A DNA stretch of 61,070 nucleotides, the filler included, from an uncultured bacterium (GTDB taxonomy: Bacteria; CAZSTA01): assembly GCA_964609495.1 (NCBI GenBank). It is 3 parts of 3 records of this genome, joined end to end, with 100 filler letters (N's around TTAATTAATTAA, not from the genome) between each part and the next. Parts side by side here need not be neighbours in the genome. Positions count along the whole stretch, not along the records: positions 1 to 20,446 come from CAZSTA010000047.1; positions 20,547 to 40,989 come from CAZSTA010000048.1; 1 more part is not named here. The stretch is one strand, 5' to 3'. Within the stretch, counting starts at the first letter, position 1; each line of letters starts with the position of its first letter. The notes beneath the pieces were generated by a model. The model was not told the DNA's origin, did not search any database, and saw only the letters and a list, made by a program, of their open reading frames with translations. Below, in pieces: positions 19,147 through 29,968 of the stretch. Made by a program: the position numbers and the translations under genes.

Positions 19147-19875
19147 ATGCTGGTGGAAAGAAGCGATGGAAGAAGAAATGATAAGCTTCGACCTCTGAAG
19201 ATAACCAGAAGAGTCAGTAAGTATGCCGAGGGATCGGCATTAATAGAGCTGGGAGATACGAGGGTGTTATGTGCCGCTTCGATCGAGGATGGTGTGCCAT
19301 CATTCCTCGCGGATAAGAAGCAGGGATGGCTTACTGCCGAGTATGGGATGTTGCCTCGCTCCACCAATGTTAGACAGAGAAGAGAGGCAGTATTAGGACG
19401 TCTCGGAGGTCGGACTCAGGAGATCAAGAGGTTGATCGGTCGAGCTCTGCGTTGCATAGTGGATCTTGCCATATTACCCGAAAAGACAATTTGGATCGAT
19501 TGCGATGTGCTTCAGGCTGATTGAGGCACAAGAACTGCGGCTATAAGCGGAGCTTATGTCGCTTTAGTAGATGCTATCCGCTTTCTAAGGGAAAGTGAGC
19601 TTATAGAGGGAGACCCCCTGCGAGGATATATAGCCGCGGTGAGTGTGGGTATCGTTGAGGGAGAATCGCTCTTAGATCTTGATTACAGTGAGGACTCCAT
19701 AGCTGAAGTTGATATGAATATAGTTATGACCGAGGAGGGAAAATTAGTCGAGGTTCAGGGAACAGCCGAAGGAGATCCTTTCTCCGTAGAGCAAACGCTG
19801 GAGCTAGTTTCTTTAGCAGAGAAGGGGATCGCCCAAATTATCGCTTGTCAAAGAGAGGTTTTGAGCGACGGTTAG
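19147..19875 (+). pseudogene. rph: Ribonuclease PH interrupted by a single in-frame TGA at 19522-19524
   Basis: [37 protein letters not shown]; the frame continues intact to LDYSEDS...EVQGTAE. Confidence 0.88.
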
Positions 19876-20446
19876 ATGGAAAGAAGATTGATCTTAGCTA
19901 CTAGGAATGATAATAAGATAAGGGAGATAAAGGAGATATTAGGCGATATAGGTTGGGAGATATTGAGTTATTATGATTTTCCTGATCTTCCCTCCTTTGA
20001 AGAGGTGGGAGATACTTTTGAGGAGAACGCTATCGGTAAAGCTAAAGCTGTATCATCATATTGTGGATTTCTAGCGATAGGGGAGGATTCGGGCTTAGAG
20101 GTCGATGCCCTAGGTGGTCGACCGGGAGTCCTATCCGCACGCTTTGCTGGTGATGGGGCAGATGATCACAAGCGCAATAGTAAGCTCCTATCTATGTTAA
20201 AGGGAATCCCCTGGGAAAAACGCACCGCTAGGTTTAGATGTGTAGTAGCGATAGTTGATCCCAACGGTCTATTGAAAACTACGGAGGGAATTTGTGAGGG
20301 TCTCATCAGTGAAGAACCTCAAGGGGATAAGGGCTTCGGCTATGATCCGGTCTTTTATATTCCTCATCTAAAGAAGACCTTTGCGGAACTATCCCCTGAG
20401 ACGAAGAATAGGATCAGCCATCGTCGGAGGGCTTTGGAAAAAGCTA
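19876..20446 (+). CDS. rdgB: Non-canonical purine NTP pyrophosphatase (RdgB/HAM1), 3' end lost in the gap
   Basis: EDSGLEVDAL, GFGYDPVF, KNRISHR. Confidence 0.93.
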
Positions 20447-20546
20447 NNNNNNNNNNNNNNNNNNNNNNNNNNNNNNNNNNNNNNNNNNNNTTAATTAATT
20501 AANNNNNNNNNNNNNNNNNNNNNNNNNNNNNNNNNNNNNNNNNNNN
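20447..20546. other. Assembly gap linker
   Basis: N44-TTAATTAATTAA-N44 six-frame stop spacer. Confidence 0.98.
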
Positions 20547-20620
20547 AGAAACTCCCTTATTATATATTGACCGAATTTCTAATTGTGGAGATACTTATTT
20601 TCAGATACTCCGTAAAGGTG

Positions 20621-21697
20621 CTAATTAGCAACTACCGTCAATTCTTTAGGAGTATTACTCAGAATTTCACATCCTTCCTCAGTTACCAATACCAAATCCT
20701 CGATACGCGTTCCGCCCCAGTCCGGGATATAAATACCAGGTTCAATCGTTATTATCATCCCTGCCTCTAACACATCTTTGCTTTGAGAGGATACTCTGGG
20801 CCCCTCGTGAACTTCCAATCCAACTCCATGCCCCAAGCCATGCCCAAAGTTATCCTTATAACCTCTCTCGTTGATTATATCCCTAGCGACCTTATCTAGT
20901 TCCACACAGCTCTTCCCCACCCTAACTTCCTTCAGAGCTAGAAGCTGTGCCTCTAGGACGATATTATATATCTCCCTCTGTTTATCATCGACTTCCTCCA
21001 AGAAGACCGTTCTAGTCATATCAGAGCAATACCCGTCGTGAATCGCTCCCATATCGATCGTCACCGCCTCTCCTGCCTTCATCACTTTATCGGAGGCTAC
21101 TCCGTGAGGTAGTGAGGAACGATGACCAGAAGCTACTATGGTATCAAAAGAAGCTTTTGATGCGCCTTTCCTCTTCATAAAATATTCTAGCTCGGCGGCG
21201 ATCTCCAATTCTACCGCTCCATCTTTTAATAAACCTAGGATATGAGCAAAAGCTTCATCCGCTATCTGGGCAGCTTTTCTGATCTTTTCTATCTCCTCTG
21301 ATTCTTTTTTCAGGCGCAAAGGCTCTATCATATCGAGTAAGGATACAAGTTCTACCGGTGATAATTTCTCCGTCCATTCCTCATATTGATGGTGGGAGAT
21401 ATGAGCGGATTCCACTCCCAATCTCTTAATATCCTCTCTCTTGAGCAGATCGGATAAAGTATCGGTAATTTTATCTCCCTGTCGAACGACTTCGAACTCT
21501 TCCGTCTGTTTCTCCGCCTGTTCCGTATAGCGAAAATCCGTTACTAGCAACTTGCTATCGGGAGTGATCAGAGCCATCCCCGCGGATCCTGTGAAGCCCG
21601 TTAGATATCTTCTATTTTCTACTTTAGATACTAACAGTCCATCGATATTATTCTCATCGAGCTTCTTATAGAGTTCATTCCACTTCGCTTCGTTCAT
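20621..21697 (-). CDS. Xaa-Pro aminopeptidase (M24)
   Basis: [30 protein letters not shown]. Confidence 0.93.
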   Translation of the reverse strand: MNEAKWNELYKKLDENNIDGLLVSKVENRRYLTGFTGSAGMALITPDSKLLVTDFRYTEQAEKQTEEFEVVRQGDKITDTLSDLLKREDIKRLGVESAHISHHQYEEWTEKLSPVELVSLLDMIEPLRLKKESEEIEKIRKAAQIADEAFAHILGLLKDGAVELEIAAELEYFMKRKGASKASFDTIVASGHRSSLPHGVASDKVMKAGEAVTIDMGAIHDGYCSDMTRTVFLEEVDDKQREIYNIVLEAQLLALKEVRVGKSCVELDKVARDIINERGYKDNFGHGLGHGVGLEVHEGPRVSSQSKDVLEAGMIITIEPGIYIPDWGGTRIEDLVLVTEEGCEILSNTPKELTVVAN

Positions 21698-22142
21698 TAC
21701 TATCTCCTTTCCTTTTGGCTATCTCTATCACCGCTCTTAAACCCAATAGATAGCTATCTATCCCAAAACCGGATATTTGTCCGATTGCTACTGGCGCTAT
21801 CACCGAATTGTGACGAAATCCCTCTCTAGCATAGATGTTCGATAGGTGAACCTCCACTGTTGGCAAGCCGACACCAGCAATAGCATCCCTAATAGCGATA
21901 CTATAGTGAGTGTAAGCCCCAGGATTGATCACTATCGCGTTAGCCTCCTGTTCGGCTTTTTGAATTATATCTATTATCTCTCCTTCATAGTTGGATTGGA
22001 ATATCGTAATCTCTACCTTTTCCTTCTCGGCTAACTCAGTTAGAGCCTTGTTCACCTCTTGAAGGGTGAAAGTTCCGTAGATCGATATCTCTCTAGTTCC
22101 TAATAGATTCAGGTTTGGGCCATGAATAACGAATATCTTCAC
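21675..22142 (-). CDS. aroQ: Type II 3-dehydroquinate dehydratase
   Basis: [31 protein letters not shown]. Confidence 0.96.
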   Translation of the reverse strand: MKIFVIHGPNLNLLGTREISIYGTFTLQEVNKALTELAEKEKVEITIFQSNYEGEIIDIIQKAEQEANAIVINPGAYTHYSIAIRDAIAGVGLPTVEVHLSNIYAREGFRHNSVIAPVAIGQISGFGIDSYLLGLRAVIEIAKRKGDSNERSEVE

Positions 22143-23738
22143 CTATATCGCCCCTTGCAGTAGCAAAGCTTTTCTAATTATATCCTCTGGGACGTCATCA
22201 GTTATCATAACCTCACCTACATCTTTAAGGAGAATATATCTTAGTTTGCCCCTAATCCTCTTTTTATCCAATCGCATAGCGGTTAGGATATCTTTAGCTT
22301 TCAGTCCTTCTATACAGGTTGGAAGCCCAATTTTTGTTAGTAATTTGGATAGTCTATCGCTTATTCCTAACGGACATAACTCCGACATCTCGGATATCCT
22401 GCTTGCTCCTATCATTCCAATAGCTATCGCTTCTCCGTGTCTATACCTCTCGAAATCCGTTATTGCCTCTATAGCATGCCCGATGGTATGACCGAAGTTC
22501 AGAATAGCCCTTATTCCCGCTTCCTTCTCATCCTTCTCAACAACTTCGGCTTTGATCTCTAAGGAATGGAATATAGTATCGGATATGAACTCAGATCTTA
22601 GAGATAATATCTGCTCTATATTCCTCTCTAGATACTCGAAGAACTCCTTATCAACTATCAATCCATGCTTTATAACTTCGACTAATCCGGCTTTCAGCTC
22701 CCTCTCCGCCAAGGTTTTCAAGGTGATAGGGTCTATGAGGACTAAGCGAGGCTGATAGAAAGCTCCAATCATATTTTTCCCTCGCGGATGATTGATCGCG
22801 GTCTTCCCTCCTACACTGCTATCGACTTGAGCTAAGAGAGTAGTGGGAACTTGAACATAGGGAATGCCACGCATATAGGTAGCCGCTACGAAGCCAGCTA
22901 GATCTCCTATAACTCCTCCTCCTAAAGCCACGACTGTTGAAGTTCTATCCATCTCGAAGTCCAACATCTCATCATAGAGTCTGCTAGCAGACGAGAGGGA
23001 TTTCGCCTCCTCACCGTCAGGAACTTCCACCACCTCGACTTCAAAACCCGCTCTTCCTAGTGATTCTTTTACTACTGCTCCATACAATTTATTAACTAAG
23101 GGGTTAGATACGAGCAAAGCCTTTCCCTTGAGTCCAAAACGTCGCATAGCAAAACCCAACTCTGCTAAGCTATCATCCCTGATTATGATCTGATAACTGC
23201 GCTCTTCTAATTCAACAGTTATAGACTTTATCGACTCAAGATATTTTAATATCTCGTCGGCAACTTCCGATATGGATAGATTGGAGGTATCGACTATATA
23301 GTCAGATTGAGCGTAAAAGCCCATTCTTCTTTCCATGAGCTCTTTAATACGCCGATCTGGATCCTCCCCTGTCAGGAGTGGTCTTTTTCCCTCTTTTAAA
23401 GTTCTCTCCCTTATAACCCCTGGAGAAGCGGACAAACAGATGATAGTCCCGTTTCTCCTTAAATTATCTCTATTCTCGTGATCTATAATAGCTCCTCCTC
23501 CAGTAGCGATGATCCGTCCCTCTAGTTTCGATACTCTTTCGATGATCTCCTTCTCCAGACGCCTGAAGTAAGCTTCTCCCTTCTGAGAAAATATCTCGGA
23601 GATAGTCTGCTTCTCTTGAAGTTCTATTAAAGAATCCGTATCGACTAGTTCTATATTGAGCCTTCTAGCCAACTCCATTCCCACTTCGGTCTTTCCAGTT
23701 CCCATAAATCCAGTTAAAACTATATTCTTCATAGACAT
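22143..23738 (-). CDS. aroKB: Fused shikimate kinase / 3-dehydroquinate synthase
   Basis: GFMGTGKT, RPLL; GGGVIGD, PTTLLAQVDSSVGGKT, LNFGHTIGHA. Confidence 0.94.
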   Translation of the reverse strand: MSMKNIVLTGFMGTGKTEVGMELARRLNIELVDTDSLIELQEKQTISEIFSQKGEAYFRRLEKEIIERVSKLEGRIIATGGGAIIDHENRDNLRRNGTIICLSASPGVIRERTLKEGKRPLLTGEDPDRRIKELMERRMGFYAQSDYIVDTSNLSISEVADEILKYLESIKSITVELEERSYQIIIRDDSLAELGFAMRRFGLKGKALLVSNPLVNKLYGAVVKESLGRAGFEVEVVEVPDGEEAKSLSSASRLYDEMLDFEMDRTSTVVALGGGVIGDLAGFVAATYMRGIPYVQVPTTLLAQVDSSVGGKTAINHPRGKNMIGAFYQPRLVLIDPITLKTLAERELKAGLVEVIKHGLIVDKEFFEYLERNIEQILSLRSEFISDTIFHSLEIKAEVVEKDEKEAGIRAILNFGHTIGHAIEAITDFERYRHGEAIAIGMIGASRISEMSELCPLGISDRLSKLLTKIGLPTCIEGLKAKDILTAMRLDKKRIRGKLRYILLKDVGEVMITDDVPEDIIRKALLLQGAI

Positions 23739-23741
23739 TTT

Positions 23742-23937
23742 GCAGTTCGGAAACCCCCATATTAATATTATAAGGTATAACCAAACTTTTAATCGAGGAG
23801 AGGAGAACTGCCCTCCTTTCTCTTTAGATAATACTTAACAATCTCATCCATCTGCGATATATATAAATTGTCTTTGAAAAGAGCCTGGCGTTGAGTTATA
23901 AATTATGCTCCCGTCCTTCGGTTGTGGGGTTACTTAC
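23742..23937 (-). mobile_element. Degenerate IS200/IS605-family internal-deletion remnant
   Basis: Left end gtaagtaaccccacaaccgaaggacgggagcat (imperfect hairpin); right end gcagttctcctctcc...gggggtttccgaactgc closed by gcagtt/aactgc; splits aroC from aroKB. Confidence 0.45.
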
Positions 23938-23948
23938 TGCCCCTTTTC

Positions 23949-25103
23949 TTAAAACTTTCTAACATAACTCATATAGTTTCGGAAGTTATTTTTCATCTCA
24001 TCTAAGCTATCTCCTCCAAACTTCTCCAGCATCGCCTCGGCTATCTCTATAGTTACCACCGCCTCTCCCACAACTCCCGCCGCAGGGACTGCGCACACAT
24101 CCGCTCTCTCCTTAGTCGCCTCGAAAGACTCCTTAGTCTCTATGTCTATCGAATGTAGCGGCTTTGATAGAGACGGTATAGGCTTCATCGCCGCCCGGAG
24201 GATTATCGGTTCTCCATTAGTGATACCTCCCTCTAATCCTCCCGCGTTATTGGACCTTCGATAGAATCCACCTTTCCGATAGAATATTTCATCGTGTATT
24301 TGGGAGCCTCGTCTATCAGCTACTTGGAATCCTAAACCTATCTCCACGCCCTTGATCGCAGGGATGCTCATCAGAGCTTGGGCTAACCTCCCATCTAATC
24401 GTCTATCCCAGTGGGTATGACTGCCCAACCCGATCGGGGGATTAAGCACGACTACCTCAAATATCCCTCCCAGAGAATCCCCCTCCTCCTTAGCTCTATC
24501 TATCTCCTCGATCATCTCTCCTTCTGCGATCTTATCGGCGCAGCGAAGAGGGGAATTTTCCGCTCGCTCCCTTATCTCCTCCCAGTTCGCGAGCGAACTG
24601 GGAACGACTTCGCTCTTGCCGATCTTGATTACGTGGCTGAATATCTCGATATCGAATTCAGCTAGCAACTTCCTAGCTATAGCTCCAATGGCAACCCGGA
24701 TGGCGGTTTCTCTAGCGCTAGCCCTCTCCAGAATATTTCTAATATCCCGCTGATTATATTTAATAGCTCCCGCCAGATCGGCATGACCAGGGCGAGGTCT
24801 AGTTACCTTCCTGCCCTTCTCAATCGAGGAGGGCGACATAGCATCCTTCCAATTATCCCAATCCCTATTTTCAACAAGAAGGGAAATGGGGCTGCCAAGA
24901 GTCTTTCCACCTCTTACCCCTGCTAGGATTTGGACTCTATCCTGCTCGATCTTCATTCTCTCCCCTCTCCCATATCCCTTCTGACGACGCCCTAATTGAA
25001 GATCGATATCTTCAGCAGATATACCGAGGCCAGCAGGCACTCCCTCTATAATAGCGACTAGACATCTTCCGTGCGATTCTCCCGCGGTAAGGAAACGAAT
25101 CAT
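23949..25103 (-). CDS. aroC: Chorismate synthase
   Basis: [30 protein letters not shown]. Confidence 0.97.
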   Translation of the reverse strand: MIRFLTAGESHGRCLVAIIEGVPAGLGISAEDIDLQLGRRQKGYGRGERMKIEQDRVQILAGVRGGKTLGSPISLLVENRDWDNWKDAMSPSSIEKGRKVTRPRPGHADLAGAIKYNQRDIRNILERASARETAIRVAIGAIARKLLAEFDIEIFSHVIKIGKSEVVPSSLANWEEIRERAENSPLRCADKIAEGEMIEEIDRAKEEGDSLGGIFEVVVLNPPIGLGSHTHWDRRLDGRLAQALMSIPAIKGVEIGLGFQVADRRGSQIHDEIFYRKGGFYRRSNNAGGLEGGITNGEPIILRAAMKPIPSLSKPLHSIDIETKESFEATKERADVCAVPAAGVVGEAVVTIEIAEAMLEKFGGDSLDEMKNNFRNYMSYVRKF

Positions 25104-25125
25104 CGTCTCTTCCCTCTACAAAGAT

Positions 25126-25151
25126 AAAGACGGCACTTTAGCGCCGTCTTT
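25126..25151 (-). terminator. Hairpin terminator after pilQ
   Basis: aaagacggcgc-taaa-gtgccgtcttt. Confidence 0.65.
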
Positions 25152-25184
25152 CGGTCTGATTTCTTCCGCTTTCAAATTATCTTA

Positions 25185-26873
25185 TCATCTAGAAGGTAGA
25201 ATATGAGGAGTAACTAAGATCAACAACTCTAACTCCTTCTTTCTATCCTTGCTATCTCTGAACAACTGTCCTAGAATCGGCAGATCTCCCAAGAAAGGAA
25301 CCTTAGTTACATCTTTGAATATCTCCGTAGCTTGGAGACCACCGATTACTACAGTATCCCCATTTTTTACCATAATCGAGGTCTCAGCCTCCCTTGTTGA
25401 GACCTGACTCAAGCCAACTTCCAACTGCTTAATGGTGCTGACTTCTGGATGTAAGATTAAAGTGATGTAACCATCAGGATGAACTCGAGGTGTCACTGCC
25501 AGTTTAACACCCGCCTCCTCCGCAACGACCTGACCAGCGATGCTCACCTTTATCCTTTCACCACTCAGCACCCTAGCCTCTTGATTATTTGTTGCCGCTA
25601 TAACACTATGGTTAAGCTGTTTAGCATCTCCCGTAATTTCCATAGCTCTCAAGGCCACGCCTAAACTAGGTATCAAGTTCTGGGTGGGATCGAACACTGC
25701 GATACTTCGATTTATTACTTTGCTTATCAATCCCGTAGCCGCATCGACGATTTCGGTAACTGGATTGATCGCAAAGGCAAATTTGCCTGAGACAACTTGC
25801 CACTCTATACCAAGCTCTCTGGTGGCCTCGCTGCTGACCTCCTCGACCTTGACCTCGATAAGGACCTGAGGCTCAGGTTTATCCAACTTCATTATCAGGT
25901 CCTTAGCTTCAGCGATATCGCTTTCTCTACCGCTGATTACAATGATATTACTATCTCGAACTGTAGATGTTCCAGCTCCAGCGCCTATAGTATAAGCGGC
26001 GGAGAGGACGTTCTCACCGAATATCTGTCCAATTACTACTTGGACATCAGTGGGGCTGGCATAATTCAAGGTAATTGCTTCGGTAACAGGTTTGTCATAT
26101 TTTCTCTCTAATCTGTCTGGAAGGGAGACTATGTAGGTATCTCCAATCTTTCTATAGCCGTATCCATGAGTCTTTAAGATTAATTTCAAAGCCTCCTCAA
26201 ACTCCATATTGTTCAGCGTTATCGTCACCAATCCCACCACTGTTTGATCGGGTATTATATTGACCCTAGATAATCTAGCTAGAGTTCGAAGAACATCCTT
26301 TATATCGATCTCCCGAAAATCTAAGAAAGGTATTATCTTAGAGCCGCCCTCCCCCTCTATTATCGGTAATTCTTTAGGCTGCTCTTCCACTTCAGTTACT
26401 GAAGGAGCAGCAGCCATCTCCTCCATCTCCCTCTTCTCTTCGGGGATCTCAGCTTGGACAGCTTCTTGAGAAGGAGGCTTAAAAACGGATATCTTCAGAA
26501 TTTCTCTATCTGGAGAGGGTTCGATCTCATAATTAGTCCAACCGGAGGTACGAAACTCTATCCTCGCTATATTAGGTTGAACGCTCAACTGATTGACGGT
26601 AACCCTGTCTATCCAATTCAGATCCGTAGGTAGGCTAAGGGGAGAGGCTCCCAGTATTCCTCTAACATCAACTAGTAGCCTACTGGGTTTCTTTAGTTGT
26701 TGAACCTCATAGGTTATAGGACCAATCGAGATCACACTCACTACTACCTTGTCAACAAAGGTTCTAACCTTGACCTCGGTGATCAAGGCAGCCTTCTGAT
26801 CAGCTAAAGCAGAATTAGAAATAGACATTGTTAGTATCCCTATAATTAGACCTATCATTAAGATCCGTCTCAT
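25185..26873 (-). CDS. pilQ: Type IV pilus secretin PilQ (AMIN, STN/N3, secretin)
   Basis: Signal peptide; LDKPEPQVLIEVKV, TVVIGGL, KVPFLGDLPILGQLF, VTPHI. Confidence 0.92.
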   Translation of the reverse strand: MRRILMIGLIIGILTMSISNSALADQKAALITEVKVRTFVDKVVVSVISIGPITYEVQQLKKPSRLLVDVRGILGASPLSLPTDLNWIDRVTVNQLSVQPNIARIEFRTSGWTNYEIEPSPDREILKISVFKPPSQEAVQAEIPEEKREMEEMAAAPSVTEVEEQPKELPIIEGEGGSKIIPFLDFREIDIKDVLRTLARLSRVNIIPDQTVVGLVTITLNNMEFEEALKLILKTHGYGYRKIGDTYIVSLPDRLERKYDKPVTEAITLNYASPTDVQVVIGQIFGENVLSAAYTIGAGAGTSTVRDSNIIVISGRESDIAEAKDLIMKLDKPEPQVLIEVKVEEVSSEATRELGIEWQVVSGKFAFAINPVTEIVDAATGLISKVINRSIAVFDPTQNLIPSLGVALRAMEITGDAKQLNHSVIAATNNQEARVLSGERIKVSIAGQVVAEEAGVKLAVTPRVHPDGYITLILHPEVSTIKQLEVGLSQVSTREAETSIMVKNGDTVVIGGLQATEIFKDVTKVPFLGDLPILGQLFRDSKDRKKELELLILVTPHILPSR

Positions 26874-29260
26874 CTTCCTTCACCACCTAGCTCTAAAATA
26901 TATTTGTAACCACTTTTAATCAGAGTTACTTTATCCGCAGTTATGTCAGCTATCACGAATCCGCTAGTTCCGATCGTCTCTCCCTCTCTCAATATATATA
27001 CTCTCTCGCTAGTCTCGATTATAGCTAAGGTAGATTGCTCATCTACTACTACTCCAGCTAATCTGAACTGACTCGCTATCTTCCTTAAGGAAGCTATTCT
27101 CTCCTCCTCTTCTGTCAGAGATATCTTCTCCGCAGGTTTATCAGAAGGAGCGATCTCCTCTCTCTTAGCCCCTTTCTCAACTAACCTTTGGGGACTCTTT
27201 GTCATCAGAGTATCCTCGGACCCCTTCTTCATAGTAGATTTGATAACTCCGACTTCCTCTTTCTCGGGAGGTTTCTCTATTGGCTCGGAAGAGCGCAAGG
27301 TAATCGTTGATTTATCCTCTAATTTGGGAGTGGTTGCCTCTATCTTAATCACGCTCTCCGTGGATTTATCCGATATACTCACCTTCGGCTTAGCTTTACC
27401 TCTTAGAGGGGAATCCTCAGCTAGTGATATCGGATTTAGGGGTTTTTCCTTCAACTTTTCTACTTTCTGAGCGGCCTTCAGGCTACTCCCATTTTCTCCT
27501 AGTTTATCAGCGGGCTTAACGATCGTCACCAGACGCGCTCCTTCAACAGGCTTATCCAGAGATATATCGAGCGATCTCTCAGAAGATTTATCCTCCAGCT
27601 TCTTTAACTGCTCCTCCAGCCTCACCTTCATGTCAAATTTCTCAGGCTGAACATCTGCTCTAACTTCTGCCTCTGGATTATCAGGGGTATTGAGCATCGC
27701 CACTTGAACGCCCTCAAGTGGCGTCTTCAGAAGAGTCTCGATCAGTTCCTCTCCTGATTTATCCTCCGCCTTCCTTAGCTCCTCTTCTTTTAACTGAGGT
27801 TTATCATTCATCTCCTTCAAATTCAATTGCTGCTCATCGTTATCGGTCTTTTCGGGAGGTTTATCCTCTAAGGTCTTAGCAGGGACTACCGGTGATTTTT
27901 CTAGCTTCTCCGTTGGTCTTAGGGGAAGACTCTCTATCAATTTCTCCACAATCTGAGCTGGTTCCTCCGCTATAGCGACTATCTCAGCCTTCTCGACCAC
28001 GGGAGGCTGCTCTAGTACCGACTCCTCCTCTCTTACCTGAGTGGCTTCCTTCATTATAGGCTTTTTGGGATAGAGGAAGGAAGGCTTTCTCTCGGGAGTC
28101 TCCTCTACAGCCTCTTTCTCATAAGCGATGCCTCTCTTCAGACCGGAGATCGTGGTATAAGGTCTTGGTAAAGCAATCGGAGCTTTTGCTACCATCTCTT
28201 TGCTTATCGTGGGAACTTGAATAACTTCGACTTCCTTCAAAGTTGGTTTCACTATCGCGATAGCCTCGGGTACCTCTTCCGCCTCAATCTCCTCATAAAT
28301 CGGGATTAGCTCTAGTTCCTCTTCTTCCATGATCTCTTTCTCCATAGCTATCGCTTCTGGAACGCTAGCCACAGTTATTCCCTCGGCTCCCAACTCCTTG
28401 AACTGTTTTCTGGATACTTTAGCTTGAGCCTGGACAGGAGATAAATCAACCTTCCCGATCTCAGGTTGTCTGCTCTCATCCCGAGCGGTAGGTATAATAA
28501 TAGGCTCTCTAGTTAGACCTATCACTACCTCACCTTCAAAAGGAAACTCCTCAAAATATATCGCTTCCTCCTCTGGAGTAAGCTGGGGAGGAGTTTCGAC
28601 TACTAAAGGTTTAAATGGATCGGAAGGGGTTTTGGAGATAAAAGTAGAGGCCTCTTCTCCCCCTTCCGTCAGCCTCTCCTCTTCCAGTTTCTCTATCTCA
28701 GCTATCGCCTCAGCACTTTCTAAGAGGGATTTCGCATCCTCATTTTTAGCAGCTATCTCTTTGCTCTCGAGATCTACCTCCCATTCGAAGATCGCCTCTG
28801 GAGTAACCTTGCCCTCCTTCTGAACTTTATAAACTACGATCATCTTCCCGGTAGCCTCGTCCTTTCTTACCTCCTCCGCTACCGGAGATTTGTATTTAGT
28901 AAGGATACTATCTTTAACCGCTTCCTCGGTGGGTAATCTGTATGCCTCTAGGATAGCTAGAGCCTGCTCCTTTTCTTCCTCGATCGTTACCCCTTCGGAT
29001 TCCCCCTCTACTGATCCATCTGGAAACTCTGCTATCTCCGGAAGCACCCCTCCCTCCTCCTCGTAAGAGACGACTGGAGGTTCGCCAGGTAAAGCTTGTT
29101 CCACCTTATCCTCCGAGGGCTTCGCGGCTACCTTTGTCGGTTGTTGAGCTGGGAGGGCCGTAGTTTTACCAGTACAGTTTACGAAAGCAAGGAGGGAATA
29201 GAATATAACATTAGCCACTAATAAGATCAATACTATTAATTTTCTGGGCTCACTGCGCAT
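26870..29260 (-). CDS. Greatly extended PilP-like protein
   Basis: Sits between pilO and pilQ; N-terminal TM ending near Cys29; SDPFKPL motif; C-terminal FRLAGVV...LAII...LREGETI PilP/GspC-HR-like domain. Confidence 0.7.
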   Translation of the reverse strand: MRSEPRKLIVLILLVANVIFYSLLAFVNCTGKTTALPAQQPTKVAAKPSEDKVEQALPGEPPVVSYEEEGGVLPEIAEFPDGSVEGESEGVTIEEEKEQALAILEAYRLPTEEAVKDSILTKYKSPVAEEVRKDEATGKMIVVYKVQKEGKVTPEAIFEWEVDLESKEIAAKNEDAKSLLESAEAIAEIEKLEEERLTEGGEEASTFISKTPSDPFKPLVVETPPQLTPEEEAIYFEEFPFEGEVVIGLTREPIIIPTARDESRQPEIGKVDLSPVQAQAKVSRKQFKELGAEGITVASVPEAIAMEKEIMEEEELELIPIYEEIEAEEVPEAIAIVKPTLKEVEVIQVPTISKEMVAKAPIALPRPYTTISGLKRGIAYEKEAVEETPERKPSFLYPKKPIMKEATQVREEESVLEQPPVVEKAEIVAIAEEPAQIVEKLIESLPLRPTEKLEKSPVVPAKTLEDKPPEKTDNDEQQLNLKEMNDKPQLKEEELRKAEDKSGEELIETLLKTPLEGVQVAMLNTPDNPEAEVRADVQPEKFDMKVRLEEQLKKLEDKSSERSLDISLDKPVEGARLVTIVKPADKLGENGSSLKAAQKVEKLKEKPLNPISLAEDSPLRGKAKPKVSISDKSTESVIKIEATTPKLEDKSTITLRSSEPIEKPPEKEEVGVIKSTMKKGSEDTLMTKSPQRLVEKGAKREEIAPSDKPAEKISLTEEEERIASLRKIASQFRLAGVVVDEQSTLAIIETSERVYILREGETIGTSGFVIADITADKVTLIKSGYKYILELGGEGR

Positions 29261-29266
29261 TGGACA

Positions 29267-29968
29267 TCAACCTCCTTGAGGTTTAGGCTCACCTTCCTCC
29301 GAGCTTACCGGAAGAACAAAGGTCTTAGCCTCCGCTCTTAAATTAAGCTCTGGGGATATTAATTCCTCCGCTGAAACAGATATTACAGATACTATAACTC
29401 TATCCACCATAATTAGACGAGGTAAACTCTCAAGTTCGTATAAAAATTTAAGGACACTTATAAAGTCTCCCATGGTCCTTACATCTAAAGATAATTCTCC
29501 ATATTCCATGACAACTTTTTCAGCACCAGCCTCTGCGGGAGTTTTTTCTGCCTCAGCCTCCTCCTCCGAAACCATAGTTAATTTGTGTATCTCCATCTTC
29601 TTTAAGGATAATGAGGTAAAATCGACTTGGGAATCTTTTGCCTTCTCATCGATCTTATTTAATAGCTCAGGTACACGCTTCTCTGAGGGAAGAACTTTAG
29701 TTAGTTCCGCAAGTTCTTCTTTAGCCTTCTTAATATCCTCCTCTAATTTCTCCTGAGCTTCCTCCGATTTCTTTCTCTGGTATGAGACAAGCTCGACCGT
29801 TTTAAGTTTCAATAGCTGCTCTTGCTGTTTTATATCGCTATTTAACTTATCCAATTCTCCTACTTTAGGACTATAGATTAACATATAGAAAGCAGCTCCG
29901 ACTAGAAGGATCCCTAGAACTGCGAGGACCAATTGAGTCCGCGGATCGGATAAATCATTTAAATTCAT
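29267..29968 (-). CDS. pilO: Type IV pilus assembly protein PilO
   Basis: TM plus coiled coil, LPSEKRVPELL, ESLPRLI. Confidence 0.88.
   Translation of the reverse strand: MNLNDLSDPRTQLVLAVLGILLVGAAFYMLIYSPKVGELDKLNSDIKQQEQLLKLKTVELVSYQRKKSEEAQEKLEEDIKKAKEELAELTKVLPSEKRVPELLNKIDEKAKDSQVDFTSLSLKKMEIHKLTMVSEEEAEAEKTPAEAGAEKVVMEYGELSLDVRTMGDFISVLKFLYELESLPRLIMVDRVIVSVISVSAEELISPELNLRAEAKTFVLPVSSEEGEPKPQGG

Noticed and set aside
19522-19524. Genetic code 25 (UGA=Gly) or selenocysteine at the rph TGA
   Set aside because: TGA ends many full-length genes here (for example fadD, S9 peptidase, pilQ, rsmH), no other conserved gene is interrupted, and the position is a conserved Gly, not Cys
20447-20546. 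TTAATTAATTAA palindrome in both N runs, and the ORF tail XXXLIN
   Set aside because: Artificial contig linker with stops in six frames
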